Part shown: positions 46,891-59,669 of the stretch, one piece after another
How positions within the stretch are numbered: position 1 is the stretch's first letter
Layout: each line of letters opens with the position of its first letter
NCBI RefSeq assembly: GCF_018977255.1
Contig: NW_024704743.1
Coordinates: forward strand, 59,832,001-59,896,000
DNA: 64,000 bases
Reading direction: 5' to 3'
Origin: Callorhinchus milii
Taxonomy: Eukaryota
The notes under the pieces: model-generated
Database searches by the model: none
Told to the model about the DNA's origin: nothing
Seen by the model: only the letters and a program-made list of their open reading frames with translations
Translations under genes and position numbers: made by a program

Positions 46891-48621
46891 ACTATTAATC
46901 GCTTTCTATTAATATCCACTGTTTATATAGTCGAGAACATTTATTATTGTGCAATATTTGTATAGTTAATAATGTAGAAAGTACAAAGGTTCCTTCCTTT
47001 AGTACGAGTGCAGAAAGATGTCTTTTATTAAGATGTGAATTAAATTATCTGAAAAATTCAAATTTCTACAAATGCTTGGTTGATAAACATCTCCATCTTC
47101 CTTGAAGAGTAATAGCTAGGACTCACTAGAAAACATTGCCCTAACTAGGAAGGGATAAGTTTGTGTTTGGTTAGATAAGGAGGGATAGTGTATGTGCTGT
47201 GGAGCAGTACCTGTGCTCTTTTAATAACTCTTGTCAATCTTTCATTGTTCCAATGAGTACCCCAAGCATTCTGAGTCATGTAGATAACTCAGAGGCTATT
47301 TAAGATTAAGCCTTTGATTAGTCCAATAGAACAAATTACGCTTGGCCCTGGAGACCTGCCAGATACCTGTAATTGATGAATGTTCCTCATTGCTTTTTCC
47401 ATGAAGCAGAGACAAAGAAAGTTCACTTCAAGAGCCAGGATTCCTTTGGGGGCCATAACAACCTTACATCAAGTAAATTGTAACCTTTTGATAAACATTT
47501 TGGGATAAACTTAATTAAAAAAGAGCAATAATACACAAAACATTGTTGCATTTTTCACAATGGCTTTGCAGCTATTAAAAAATGGCCTGACCCTTTTACA
47601 ATGACAGTTGATTTTGTCCTGACACCAGTTCATATTATCAAAGCATTTCACGGCATGAGGAACTGGCTTTATGAAAATTACACCAAGGAAGCTGATAAAA
47701 TGAGGAAAGAGGCAGGAAGGATGTAATCCAGGAGCTGACTATACTTGCACTGCGCACATCCATGTAAGGAGTGAAAGCTTGACCATGTCCTGAATTGGAG
47801 TTTTGGAGTTGGGTTTCACCCCACTCACGCACAAACACACACACACATTTGCTGCCTCTTCAGATAGTGAGCCTGACCCGAAGCTGACTGTAGGCTTCAG
47901 GGAAAGGAACACTGGCAGGATCTTGCTCTTGGCAGGGACTGGGAAATAGCTACAATTACCAGGCTATTATTTTTCGTTAGCGATGGTAGGGAGCCTATTT
48001 AAATATTTCGAATTTCCACTGGAAACATTCAGACAGCCTGTGGTTGAAACATAGAGAGCTGCCAGCAGAAAAAGCAGGAAGAGTTGCTCACCAGTGAACT
48101 AAATGCTGACAACCCTTTCCACCCACCAGCCTTGGATGCCACGAACTCACATGGCTGGGTCCTTTCCTAATGTCACATTGGCAACGTGTCTGAAAACACG
48201 TCACTGCTTACATAATGGCCTGAAAGCTGTGACGTGCGATGTGTTAAGTAACACTGATGGACCTAATTGGCACATAACTTTTTTAAAAAAGTGACCAAAT
48301 GATAGTTAACACATCAACAGGACCCCAAATTTACTGGAGAGACCACCCCCCCTCCACACACACACACACACAGACACACGCACGCGTACATTCTTTTGAA
48401 TAGTAGTTGTAGAGCTGGCCAAGCTGTATATTGGACTTCTGTCTTACAGATTGTCATACCAATCAGCGTGATTTTACTCTGTTTTTTGTCAATTACTATA
48501 ACCTGTGAGAGCTAGAAGTCCAGGGTGCCATGCGGACAATTTGTAGGCATAACAATTGAAAAGGGAGAGGAGGAGGGAAGGTTGGACTCTGACATACCCT
48601 GGTACTATATATCAAGTTAGT

Positions 48622-49008
48622 TAAACATAGGGCCAGGAGGAGGCCATTCAGCCCTTTGAGCCTGTTCCGCCATTTAATTAGATCATGGCTGATCTGTACT
48701 TCAACTATTCCTTCCAATTCCAATTTCCCGTTTTTTCCCCATATCCCTTAATACCCTGACCTACCAAAAATCTATCAACCTCATTCTTGAAGGTGTGGAT
48801 GGATCCAGCATCCACGGCCTTTTGGGTCATGGATGCTGTCCAGCGCCTTGGGACATCCTCCCGACGTGAAAGGCGCTCTATAAATGGAATCTTGTTGTTG
48901 TTGTTGTTTTGAGGGAGAGAATTCCAGATTGCTAACACCCTTTGAGTGAAAAAATGCTTCCTGATTTCACTCTAAATGGCCTGGTTCTAATTTTAAGACT
49001 ATGCCCAT
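48622..49008 (-). mobile_element. CR1 3' end interrupted by a plus-strand L2 tail (~48835-48908)
   Basis: 'ggccattcagccctttgagcctgttccgccattt...agatcatggctgatct' 3'UTR; IWNSLP|QKAVDAGS split by the insertion. Confidence 0.88.
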
Positions 49009-49542
49009 CATAAAGTCACCAAAGGCGTTAATTTGTGATAACATATCACACATTCCAATTTTACCTCATTTTGTAAGCATTTTGTTTTGCTGAGTGGTGA
49101 GCTGAGAAGGTGATAAGCTGTTAAGCTTTTTTCTCCCTTATTATGCTGCACACTTTAATATAGGATAATCAAAATTGCTCAGTAATTGTATTGCCTTTAC
49201 TGAATTTTAGCATATATTATTATAATCACTCCACACAATCACTGATGCCTGTATGGCTGTCCAGCAAACCAATAAATTCATTTGGGGAAGCCAGGTAAAT
49301 CGATTGAGAATTCAGGTAGCACCAATATCACTGACTGGAAAATCCCTCTCCAGTAAACCTAAGATTGATAGTATCCTTTAGCAGAACTAGAAATGAAGAA
49401 TTTTTAAGCAATGTCAATCAATAAGAAATGGATCAAGAGCTAAAACTAGCACCAGTCATCACTGACTTTCAAGCCTCAATTCTTGTTTTGTTTCAATTAA
49501 CGGTAGATTATATATCTGAGCCCCAACATTCATCCTGTCTTA

Positions 49543-49720
49543 CCTTTAAGACCATTGTCCTGGAATTTAAAATCATGCAGAAATTTGGAGAATTCTTACA
49601 TTTGTTTTTTCAACAGGTTCTAAAAAAGATAGGGGGAAGGTGGGCTTCAAAAATAAAACTGAATTTAAAAGTTTTCTAAAATTCTTGCACAATCTTAAGT
49701 TGTATGAAAATGATCTTAAG
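49543..49720. repeat. Imperfect AT-rich inverted repeat, related to 31638-31753
   Basis: 'ttaagaccattgtcctggaatttaaaatcatgcagaaattt' pairs with the reverse complement of 'aaattcttgcacaatcttaagttgtatgaaaatgatcttaa'. Confidence 0.5.
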
Positions 49721-50427
49721 GCTAAGATCATGACATATTTCAGGCCTCTGAATTTCACTTTGCTTTATTAAATGATCGCTCTAATGTATATTAAAGCATT
49801 TTAACTCTTTGAAAGGCAACTTATACATTTTCCGGAAAACACACTTTTCTTGTTTGGTAGTGCATTTGGTTTCAAATAGTAAAATCAGGTTATAATTTTT
49901 TTTTAAAAATCTTAAACAACAACAATTTGCACCTTAAATTTCTTAAAAGTTAGGATCATAAGAAATTTCCACCGTCTGATTTTTACTCTGAAGTAGTGTT
50001 CGTTAGCCATTGTGAAAAATCATGTTCTTTTCCTTTTTATCTGTTGCTGACATTTCAAAGATTGTACCTACTTTGCAGCATCTTTCTATTTTATTTGGAC
50101 CATATTGTTCTCCCTTTTGATTTTGGATGTTTTGTCCAGGATGTTGCCCACTGTCAAAGTCTGCAAAAATAAACAAAATAAATATTTCTTGTATTTGATA
50201 TGGAACTTTATCATGTTGTCGAAATATCTCAAAACACTGACATTATTTACTGTAAAGTGCAGTAACTGTATTTGTAGACAAACGTAGCAGCCAATTTGTA
50301 CCCAGCATTGTCCCACAAACAGCTAGGCAAAATATCAGTCATTAGTCAATAGGGGCCAGGTTAGGGGAAGGGAAGAATTGTTGGAGGGAAAGAAGGTTCA
50401 CTTTGAACAGTGAAGATACATGGTAGA

Positions 50428-51630
50428 TAATAATAATAATAATACTTGCATTTAATGTAGTGCCTTATCATGTCGTTGAGATACAACAACTACAAAATTA
50501 CATTTGTATAGTGCCTTTCACGTCAGGAGGACGTCCCAAGATGCTGGACCGACAGAGTTTCGGACCCGAGCTGGGGGTCGGGGTCCAGAAGGTGGAGGGC
50601 AGGGGGGGAAGCAGAGAGATCGAAAGCATGGTCGAAGAGGAGGGTCTTGAAACACGTCTTGAAGGAGGTAATGGAGGGGGCGAGGCAGAGGGACTACGGG
50701 ATGGAGTTCCAGATGGTGGGGGCAGAGTGGCAGAAGGCCCACCAGCCAATAGTGGGGCGAGCGAGGCAGGGGACGTGAAGCAGGCCGGAGCCCACTGAGC
50801 AAAGGGAGAGAAGGATGGTAGGGGGTTAGAAGGTCGCCGAGGTAGGGGAGAGCAAGACCGTGGAGGGCCTTGAAGGTGACGACCAGGATCTTGAACTGTA
50901 TCCTCTGTGTAATGGGAAGGCAGTAGCGAGGATGGTAGTAATAGGGTCGTGGAGCCTAGTGCAGGAGAGGACACAAGCTGCAGAGTTCTGGATGATCTGC
51001 AACCTTGTAGAGGGAGGAGTTGGGGAGGTTGACAAGCAATGAGTTTGCATAGTCAAGCCTCAGTTAATGAAAGCATGTATGGGGGTTTCAGCGGCCTGTA
51101 GTGTAAGACAGTGGCGGAGCCGGGTGATGTTGCGAAGGTGGGGGAAGGCAGAGCGGGTCATGGCACAGATGTGGGGTAGAAAGGATAGTTGAGGGTCAAA
51201 CAAGATACCAAGGTTTTAGACTGGCTTAGCAAACTGGAGTGTGCAACCATGAATGGTGATGCTGTCAGTGCCTGAAAGTAATTCACAGGATTTTAATGTG
51301 AAGTTTGGCGACTGTATTTGTTAGGTAAATGTGAGTCAATTTGCACATAGCAATGCCCTACAAACAGGCAAGAAGCCGATGACTAATTTCATTTGGGAGA
51401 TTGTTGGTTAGGACACTGGGAGAAGCTCCTTTTTCTTTTTAAAAAGTGCCTTGGGATCTTTAACAGACTTTGGTTGAGGGTCTCATCCTAATCTAACAAT
51501 GCAGCACACACACTTCCAGGCCTGCAGCAGAGTGTCAGCCTAGACTGCGAGCTCAACGTCCTGATGTGGGGCTTGAACCCACAATCTTCTGACTCAGAGG
51601 CGAGAGTGTTACCAACTGAACCAAGCTGAA
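50428..51630 (-). mobile_element. Deu-type SINE (50428-50482 and 51276-51630) split by an L2 insertion
   Basis: Tail stops at 'gttgagat' and resumes 'aagtaattcacagga'; head 'ggggcttgaacccacaatcttctgactcagaggcgagag' at ~51570-51630. Confidence 0.82.
50483..51275 (-). mobile_element. L2 3' ~790 bp
   Basis: RLQIIQNSAACVLSCTRLHDPIT; tail matches the other L2 copies. Confidence 0.93.
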
Positions 51631-52074
51631 TCTTTTGGAGTTTCTGTTTGATTATCTTTGGGGTGCAAGGAATATTCGCAGAACTTTCCCTCAGGAGCTG
51701 ATATGGATGGTGTAAAGTCTATGATTGGGTAGACTTTGTCTCTCCTGTCGAAGGGCCGGGTTTGATGGGCTGAAGAGACATTGATGTTCCATCTACCTGT
51801 TCTTTTTCAATGCTGTTGGATGCATTGGAACTTGAACTAATCTTAGAGTCAACCAGAGTGTTCTAAATTTGCTTTAGATATGTGTTCCTGCTCACACAAA
51901 TGGAGATCATATTGTGAAGTTGGGTTGCCATTTTCATTGTCAGTAGTTGGCTTGATATTCTTTATCAGGCTATTAAAACTCATAGATGTACATGTCATCT
52001 GTTTTCTGACTAGCAATAAAATGGTTGATCTATAATTGAGTTGTAAAAGTAATTGAATACATTGTGCTAGAACA

Positions 52075-52247
52075 TTGGTCACTTCAATCCATGACTGTTT
52101 GTGGGACTCTGCTGTGCGCAATTGGCTGCCACGTTTCGCCCACAAAATATATAGTCAATTCGCTTTACAGTATATTCTGTGAAGCGTTTTGAGACGTCTC
52201 GAAGATGTGAGAAGGCGCTATATTAAATGCAAGGATTATTATTATTA
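52075..52247 (+). mobile_element. tRNA-Ala-type SINE, 3' half
   Basis: 'ttggtcacttcaatcc...gctgtgcgcaattggctgcc...aaatgcaaggattattatta'. Confidence 0.88.
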
Positions 52248-52711
52248 ATAATATGGAATCTATCATGATTTATTTGCATTAAACCTCATTTTGCAGGCAT
52301 TGTACACGGGTGGATCTTTAATAACCCATTTAAACTCCAAGGAACATTTACCTCCATTAAGGAAAATGTCTGATTGATGTAGAGCCTGAATCCCTTCCAT
52401 GTTTATATAGGGCTTTAAACCTTCACCATCCTCCTATACATATGAATGTCACACTTAACCAGTGTAAGATTTTCATTTTAGTAAACAGCTTATAAACTAT
52501 TTGTAACATTAGAGTGTCAGAAACCCAACTAGAAGCAATAATTTGCTGCTGTTATTAATCTGGGACAGGGATCAATAGAATGATTCCAATTAGCAAACTG
52601 CAGCATGTGTATCTTGTCGCTGAAGGTTGCTACAAGGTGGTGGAATGGTTCCCAACTGGGAAAAGATCAAGCACATGCCTAAAGTGGAGATGAGGAATGG
52701 TATACACAGAG

Positions 52712-52996
52712 CAGTGGTGGGCAACCTGTGGCTCGCAGGCCGGAAGTGGCCCATGCAGCCATCAATGTGCGGTCCTCCAAACATTCACACTAGTCTATGT
52801 TCGATCAGTAGTGTGTTTTCAGTTTTTCCTTAATTGAATATTTCTTGATTTATGGCAGTGGTGTACCTGTCACCTTGCTTCTTCTGGACCAGCCCCACTC
52901 TCTTTTCTGAGCCCTAGTGGGTAGACCTAGTTACTGGCACTGAACAAGAACACTTTTACGGCTACTCCCGGAGATAATATTTGGTTACTGACCACT
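52712..52996. mobile_element. Possible hAT (Charlie-like) non-autonomous DNA transposon remnant
   Basis: Left end 'cagtggtgggcaacctgtggctcgcaggcc' resembles hAT termini; a degenerate inverted end 'ggttactgaccact' lies at 52983-52996. No clear 8-bp TSD. Confidence 0.4.
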
Positions 52997-55907
52997 TTGT
53001 TATCACCAATGAGAATTTCGGGCCCAATGCTACAGAAAACTACCTCCATTTTGGAAAGATAACATGTGACCCATTCTCAGAATCGGGCCAGTTCTGATGA
53101 TTGCTTACCCTGAAAGCATTATTTGCAGCTTTCTCTGTTTGTACTTCATACTTCAGTGTTCAGGATCTTTCTTTTCAGCTCAAGTGGGCAAGTTAACAAA
53201 ACTCGTGCTAATGCTCCCCTTCAACCCTTCCTCCCCCATTTGCAAGATCAGTAGCTAAAACCCCTCCTCTGACTCTCTCACACATTCCAGCCATTGTACT
53301 TAGCTTTTCCATACTAGTCTTACTGCAGTCAAAGCTGCTTTTTTTTTAGCAATAATGAACAATGATGGAATTATTTCTCCAAAAGAGGTAATGGCAACTT
53401 TGAATTTTGTTACAAATCAAGTAAGGGATTTTGCCCTTTAAACAGTAGATTGTTACCACACCCACTCAACCATCCTTTCGCTGCAGTGTTTTTTTTAAAA
53501 CTAATTTTTATGAATACATTTGCTGAACACTTGTTAGTTTCATCATGTTAAGTTCTTTTGTTCATTCATGACCGAGTAGGCTACAGAGCTTGAGGATGCA
53601 CGAATGAAGGGAGCCAAAGTGTTTGATGTCAGTTTTGATACTGGGTGAAGGGGTTTGGGTGGGTGGGGTGGGAGGTAGGGCATGCTCTGGCTGAAAGAAC
53701 TTTGTACTGAATCTGTGACTTCTCTTTTCATTCAGTAATATAGTCATTGTGCATTGGGATGATAAGCTTAATAACCCAAGACTATTTGCTCAGAGTTCAA
53801 CCAGGTTCACACGAGGGATCAGAGCTGCACCCAAAATTTAAAGGGGAACTCAAGCTTCTTATTAAAAAATGTACATCTGAGCAAATTACTGTTCTGAACC
53901 CATTCTTCTCCTTCTGGAGAAAGTTTACTCGTAAGCATATATAAAGGTCTGTTCTGAGATTTTTTCTAATAGGATTCTTAATAAAGAATATTGTTACAGT
54001 CCCATGAACTAGTTACAACTCTGCTCTGGAAGTAAATTGCTTTAGACTGGAGTTCCCAGAGGTCAATACAGTATAATATGTCTATTTGACAGAAGGAGTT
54101 TTCTTTTTTGCATTGACAGATTCCTCATGAAATAATTTAGTTAAAAATGCTGCAAATGAGTTTATTTTATGTATTTATTTATTTATTTTGAATGGACTCC
54201 TACTAATGTTACTGATACACCTGCTGTTTCTGAATGTGAGTGGGCTGGAAAGGGACTGTGCGCACATAGACAACTACAACTGGGGCAATTGCACAACACT
54301 GAGAAAGCTGACAGACACTCCTTTGTTGACCATACTGCTTGACTAAGAGTGATAGGAATTGCAACTGGACGGTAGTGCACAGTACAACACAGGATGAAAT
54401 ATGTAGTGATAATTATCACATCACTCCGTGGATTTTTCACTTCAAAATGCAGTAAATATTAAAGAAAATGTATTAGCCAGTTGATCATTAATAAGTTGTA
54501 AGTTGATCACTACTGCTTGTAGTGCTCTGCAATACTATTCTGCATGAAGGGTGCTATATAAATTGAAGTTGTTGTTAGAAAAGCTTGAGATCTTTACAAT
54601 TGCCTTTGCCCAGCATCTTAAAACAAAAAAATGTCTTTCTTGATGTTTAAAATGGACTCAGCATAGAGACTACTTCCTTTCCCACTCCCTCCCCTACTTC
54701 CCTCCCCTGCTCCCAATCGAAGCCCTCCACCATCAAGTGCATTGTGAAACCAATGGAGTGAACTTCACAAATGAACACTGAACAGTAACTAGCTCTGAAA
54801 CAAACTATTTATTTCTCAACAAAATAACATAAATGTAATATTTTCATTTCTTTTCAGGCTCTGCGTGACAGCACACAGGAAGAGGTTTGAAAACTTAAAC
54901 AGAAACATTTTGTCCAAAGACCATTCAGAAAACAGAAGTCATGTTCTTCGCTTATTTGTTTAGACTTATAGGTAGATGGCTAATAGAGGTTGTTAGAAAG
55001 CCCTGAGATCTTGCACATTACAGGTGCCTCTGCCTGGCATCTTAAAAATTGCAGGTTGAAATTTTTCTTCTGGCCTCTGTCCAAGAGAGCACTGATAGGC
55101 TCCTTAGGGAACAGACTGGGTTCTTGTGAAAGATCATTTTAATGAATACTCTGCTTGTGTTCATTGCAACCTCTTTCTCAGACAAAAATACCACCTGAAT
55201 TCCTCAAGGTTTTTGTCTGGCATTAACATTTTAACGTAGCACTCGACAATTACAGACCAGCATGTTAAACCATGGTGATCCTTTGCACTCTGAATAGCCT
55301 ACGCCACAAAGGAGAAATGTGTATTCATAGATTAATTCTGTTATTAGTTCATTGCACTTTGTCTACCCTACTGAAGCCTATCTGCTCAGTGCCTATCTCG
55401 CCTTGATTATCCAGGCAGGACTAGCTCTAATTTGATGGTTATTGTCAGATACTCTCATTAGCCTGCATTTAGAGACAATAATGTAAAGATGACATTTTAG
55501 GATTTGTCAGGCTGCAGCTTTGGTTTTGGAGTACTTGCATTTGCGAAGCAGAAATGAAATCCTGATCGATACTGGTAACAATCTGATACTATGTAGATCA
55601 CCAGAGATGGTGATCACCTGACCAACTCTGCTCATTCTCTCTCTGTACTACTATGAATTGCAGATGTTGACCCAGCAGTGTACTGCTGAGATGTCAAGTC
55701 CAGAGGATTAAGAGTCTGTTCCCCTCCTTTCCTAAATAAGACCAAGAAATGTAGCTATAATAATGATGATGAGTATACCATCAAGGAATTGAAAGCTGAC
55801 AATAAGTCACATTTACACATTACCTTCACATAACTAAATGTTTCAGTCAAAGCAAATGATAAATGTAATGGTGGATGCTGAGCAGGGAAGTGAGATTTGA
55901 GGATGTT

Positions 55908-56226
55908 ATAATAATAATAATAATCCTTGCATTTGATATAGCGCTTTTCACGTCGGGAGGATGTCCCAAAGCGCTTCACAGAATATACTGTTAAGTGAAT
56001 TGATTGTATATTTGTGGGCGAACGCGGCAGCCAATTGCGCACAGCAATGTCCCACAAACGGTCGTAGATTGAAATTGACCAATTTATTATTGTTTTGGGT
56101 TTTGGGGGGATTATTATTAGGTGTGTGGAGTAAGGAAACTTGGCCAAGGTTTCGCCCTCTGCCTGGAATTGAACTCAGGTCTCTCACTTGCAAAGCGAGT
56201 ACTCTAACCACTGAGTTACAGGACTC
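55908..56226 (-). mobile_element. Full-length young tRNA-Ala-derived SINE
   Basis: Nearly identical to 43563-43882; A-box and B-box, L2-type tail, (TAA)n. Confidence 0.95.
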
Positions 56227-57399
56227 CACGTTGATCAAAGTTTGTAAGTGTTTAGAAGATTTTTTGAAGACAGCGAGAGAAGTAGTAAAACATGTGGTTT
56301 CTGAGGACGGGAAAATCCTGGAGAGAAAGCAGAAGTGAATAACAACTACAACAAGGACAAATTTATATAGCACCTTTCACATCGAGAGGACTTCAATAGG
56401 CACTGGAGAGTCCAGAGTTTGTACCCGAATATGGAACAGACCAGATTCAAAAGAGGCAAGGATATGATCTGGAGTCTGGAATGTGAGGTTGTTAAAAAGA
56501 GTTGGATACAGATTACCAAGTATAATTTTTTAATGCATACAGTATTTTAAAATCTCCATTGGCATGCACAGATGAATTTTTTTGCCTATGTTGTCATATT
56601 CAATGGCGAGTAGTATTTCATCTCTGAGTTTCCGTTCCCAATTGCTTGGCTGACAACTACCACATTGTTATGTAAATGCACGGTTAGGCATGCAGTAAAT
56701 GCAGCAGGCATGTTGAGAACGAGATTTGGCACATGTAGGTGAAGAACTCATGCAGAACTTAGGTAAGTCACTTACATATTCACTTATATATATTCAGGAA
56801 AATGTATCCAGTTACATATACAGTCAGGAAAAACAACAATTTAAAAAAGACTAATGTAAAATGAGTGAATTTTAAGGAGGTAGCTGGCTGTTTTGTCAGA
56901 AATATAATTCGACAAAAAAGCAGTTACAATGCAATTTACATTCATATAGCACCTTTCACATCAGAAGTCATCTCAAAGTGCTTAAGTTCTGACATAAAGA
57001 TAAGAGCTACTGAGAGATCACACACTCACTATGAATCAGTATAATCTAGTTTCTTCCATTGTAACAGCACACTGACTGAGTACGCAAGTGTAGAGGCTGC
57101 TTTCAATGACGCATATTGGAGACGTAATATCAGACATGGCACAGCATGATGTAAGTGGAGCGAAATTATAGGACAGCTACTTGAACTTTCTGATTTAAGA
57201 ATAAACAAAATACAATTTTGGGGGAGAAAGTATAAGAAAGTAAGTGACAAACAAAAGGAAGAGATGGAGGATATTACTCCCATTCTATACATGTGCTTTG
57301 CGCTACGTTTTCCAGCACCTTGGGACGTCCTTCTGTCATGAAAGACGCAATATAAATGCAATTTGTTGTTGTTGTATGTGTTGACAGGTTCAAGGCAAG

Positions 57400-57815
57400 A
57401 AAGTGTCCTGACTTAAGGTTCTAAAGGGACCATGTAGACCATGGTAAGCTGTTTTATCTTGTCCTGAACAGGAGAACCAGAGGACATGGCCAACGATTGA
57501 GGAGGGTGGGGGGGTAAATTCAGAATAAATCTGCAGAAACACTACTTCATTGAGCAAGTAGTAAATGTATGGAAGAGCTCTCTAGGGAGATGTGGAAGCA
57601 GAAAGTGTTGATTCTTTCAAAAACAAATTAGAATGATTTCTGTCAGGAAATAATATCTCCGGGCACAGTATATAGTTTGGGATGTGATATGTACATGTGA
57701 CTGCCAGGATAATAATAATAATCCTTGCATTTGATATAGTGCCTTATCACATCTTCGAGGATAGTGAAGGCGAACTGAATGAACCTTAAGCAATTCTTAT
57801 GTTCTTATGTTCTTA
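57400..57815 (+). mobile_element. CR1 3' end with a minus-strand SINE tail inserted at ~57709-57760
   Basis: RTRGH.QRL...KHYFIEQVVNVWKSS; (ttcttatg)n terminus; insertion flanked by a repeated 'aggata'. Confidence 0.8.
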
Positions 57816-59669
57816 AGGGGATTAGGTTGAGCAGGAAAGGTGAGTCAGGTCTCAATGGGCACTGGATACTGGTGAAGTCAATCGTGTAATCTGTGATTCA
57901 TTCACCGACTCTAATGCCAGCACTTGAAACGTCAGTAGGAATGTCCATGATTAATGGGATTGTCCCTGATATCCACTATTGGCAACTAGTCCGGACTGGA
58001 GCTCTTCTTCTCTGTCTTCATTATTGTGCTTTTGTTAACCCCTCAAACTCCCTCTCCTTTCCTCCCTGGTTTTGGAAGTAGATTTACTTTGTATTGTGAG
58101 TTGAAAGGGTCAGACTATTTTCATGGCAACAAGATTAGGTTGAGCAAGGTAAGTGGGTTTGGGACTCCATGGGCCCTGGATGCTGATCCCCATCATCACT
58201 GTGAAGCACTTTGTGATTTTCATCCAGTGTGAAAGGCGTTATAAAAGTGCAAGTCGTCGATTTATCAAGTGACTCAAGATATCATGTAGACTTTACAACA
58301 ATAAAAAATAATATCTCCAAATATCAATCGACGCATCGTCAAATATAATATCTGTAATTTTAAAATGATCAAAATAAGAGTAAACATAGTAAATGCTTGC
58401 ACTGGCCTTAAATGGGCTCCTTTGTGGCATCATCACAGCAGCATTAACGGGAAGCAATTAGCAGACTACAGGGAAGTTACACAAGAATACAGACAATGGC
58501 TGACTTGAAGTGTGCCACAAGGCAGTGATACAATCAAAGAGTTCAAATGGTAAACCACAGGGTGAAGGTCAAGTACTTTATGAAGTTGTCTGTTTCCCAA
58601 CCCTGTGTAACATACACAAGCCAGCTGTTATTATTCATAGTGTATGCAATCTGTTTCGTATGTGAAAATTTAAATTTAAATGAAACATACTTACTGTGAT
58701 TCCCTGGGGTTAAGGAACAGTTACAGTGAGATTATATGACAGCAATGCTAATGGAATAATCTGCATGACATCAGCACTCAAACGATGGGACACCTTTTAC
58801 AACAGTTACTCAAGTTAAATACCAATATCATATGACAAAAAGTCAGAATTCTATTGAAAATACTCTTTCCTTTATCAAGATTTTGATTCCTTCATATATT
58901 CTATCAAGACAAACTACCGCGTTCTTCCAAACGTGTATTTTCTAAAAAGTGATTGTTTTCTTTTCTAAGCAATATTTCACCTCATACAGAGCAATTTGAA
59001 TTGTCTCTAACTTGTGATTTATTTAATCTTCATTTGCAAAGTATTCTCTAGAGTGATCTGTGGGATATCTATTTCTTGCAAGTACACCTGGACAATTTTA
59101 CAAGATGTAGAAAAGTTTTCCACAGTAGGGTATTGCACTGACTGAATCTATTTCTCACAGTGTGCAATAAATTTGCAAACTACAATAGAAAGTAATATCA
59201 CCTTTCCACTTCCCCATTGCGTAGAGTCCCGAGATCCAACATCCACACACATTTTATTCATTTTATTTATAACGTTTCATAGTCTATTAATTCTTAATGT
59301 TGAATGTTAACATCAAAGAACAGTTTGTAGAGAATTGTACCCGGGGACACTGAACTCATTATTCTTGCAATTTCATTCACCAAATCTTCCCATCATAATT
59401 TCTGTGGTTGCAACATTTTTACTATAATAAACAGTATTCCAGGATTTAGTGCTTATAGAATGATTCAAACTCTCCCCCTCCCTCACCTCTTTCAAGGTCT
59501 GACTCAAGACTTTCCTCCCGACCACGCCTTTGGTCATCAACAACAACAAATTGCATCTATGTTGATTCCTTCACAACCCCTTCCCACTCCCCTCGGCTCA
59601 GCCAGGAATGTCCTCCTGATGTGAAAGTCTGGTACTGAAAATAAAACAAGCAGGAATCAGTGGAAGTAT

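Noticed and set aside
53094..53120. Second hammerhead (CTGATGA...GAAA)
   Set aside because: The intervening ttgcttaccct cannot form stem II and there is no stem I/III pairing.
53543..53645. Coding exon on either strand (…APFIRASSSSVAYSVMNEQKNLT* or ATELEDARMKGAKVFDVSFDT)
   Set aside because: No recognisable homology and only mediocre splice signals; not distinguishable from chance.
55755..56373. Overlapping 125-141 aa ORFs on both strands
   Set aside because: They coincide with a SINE copy; similar peptides arise from the copies at 29.8, 43.6 and 16.5 kb.
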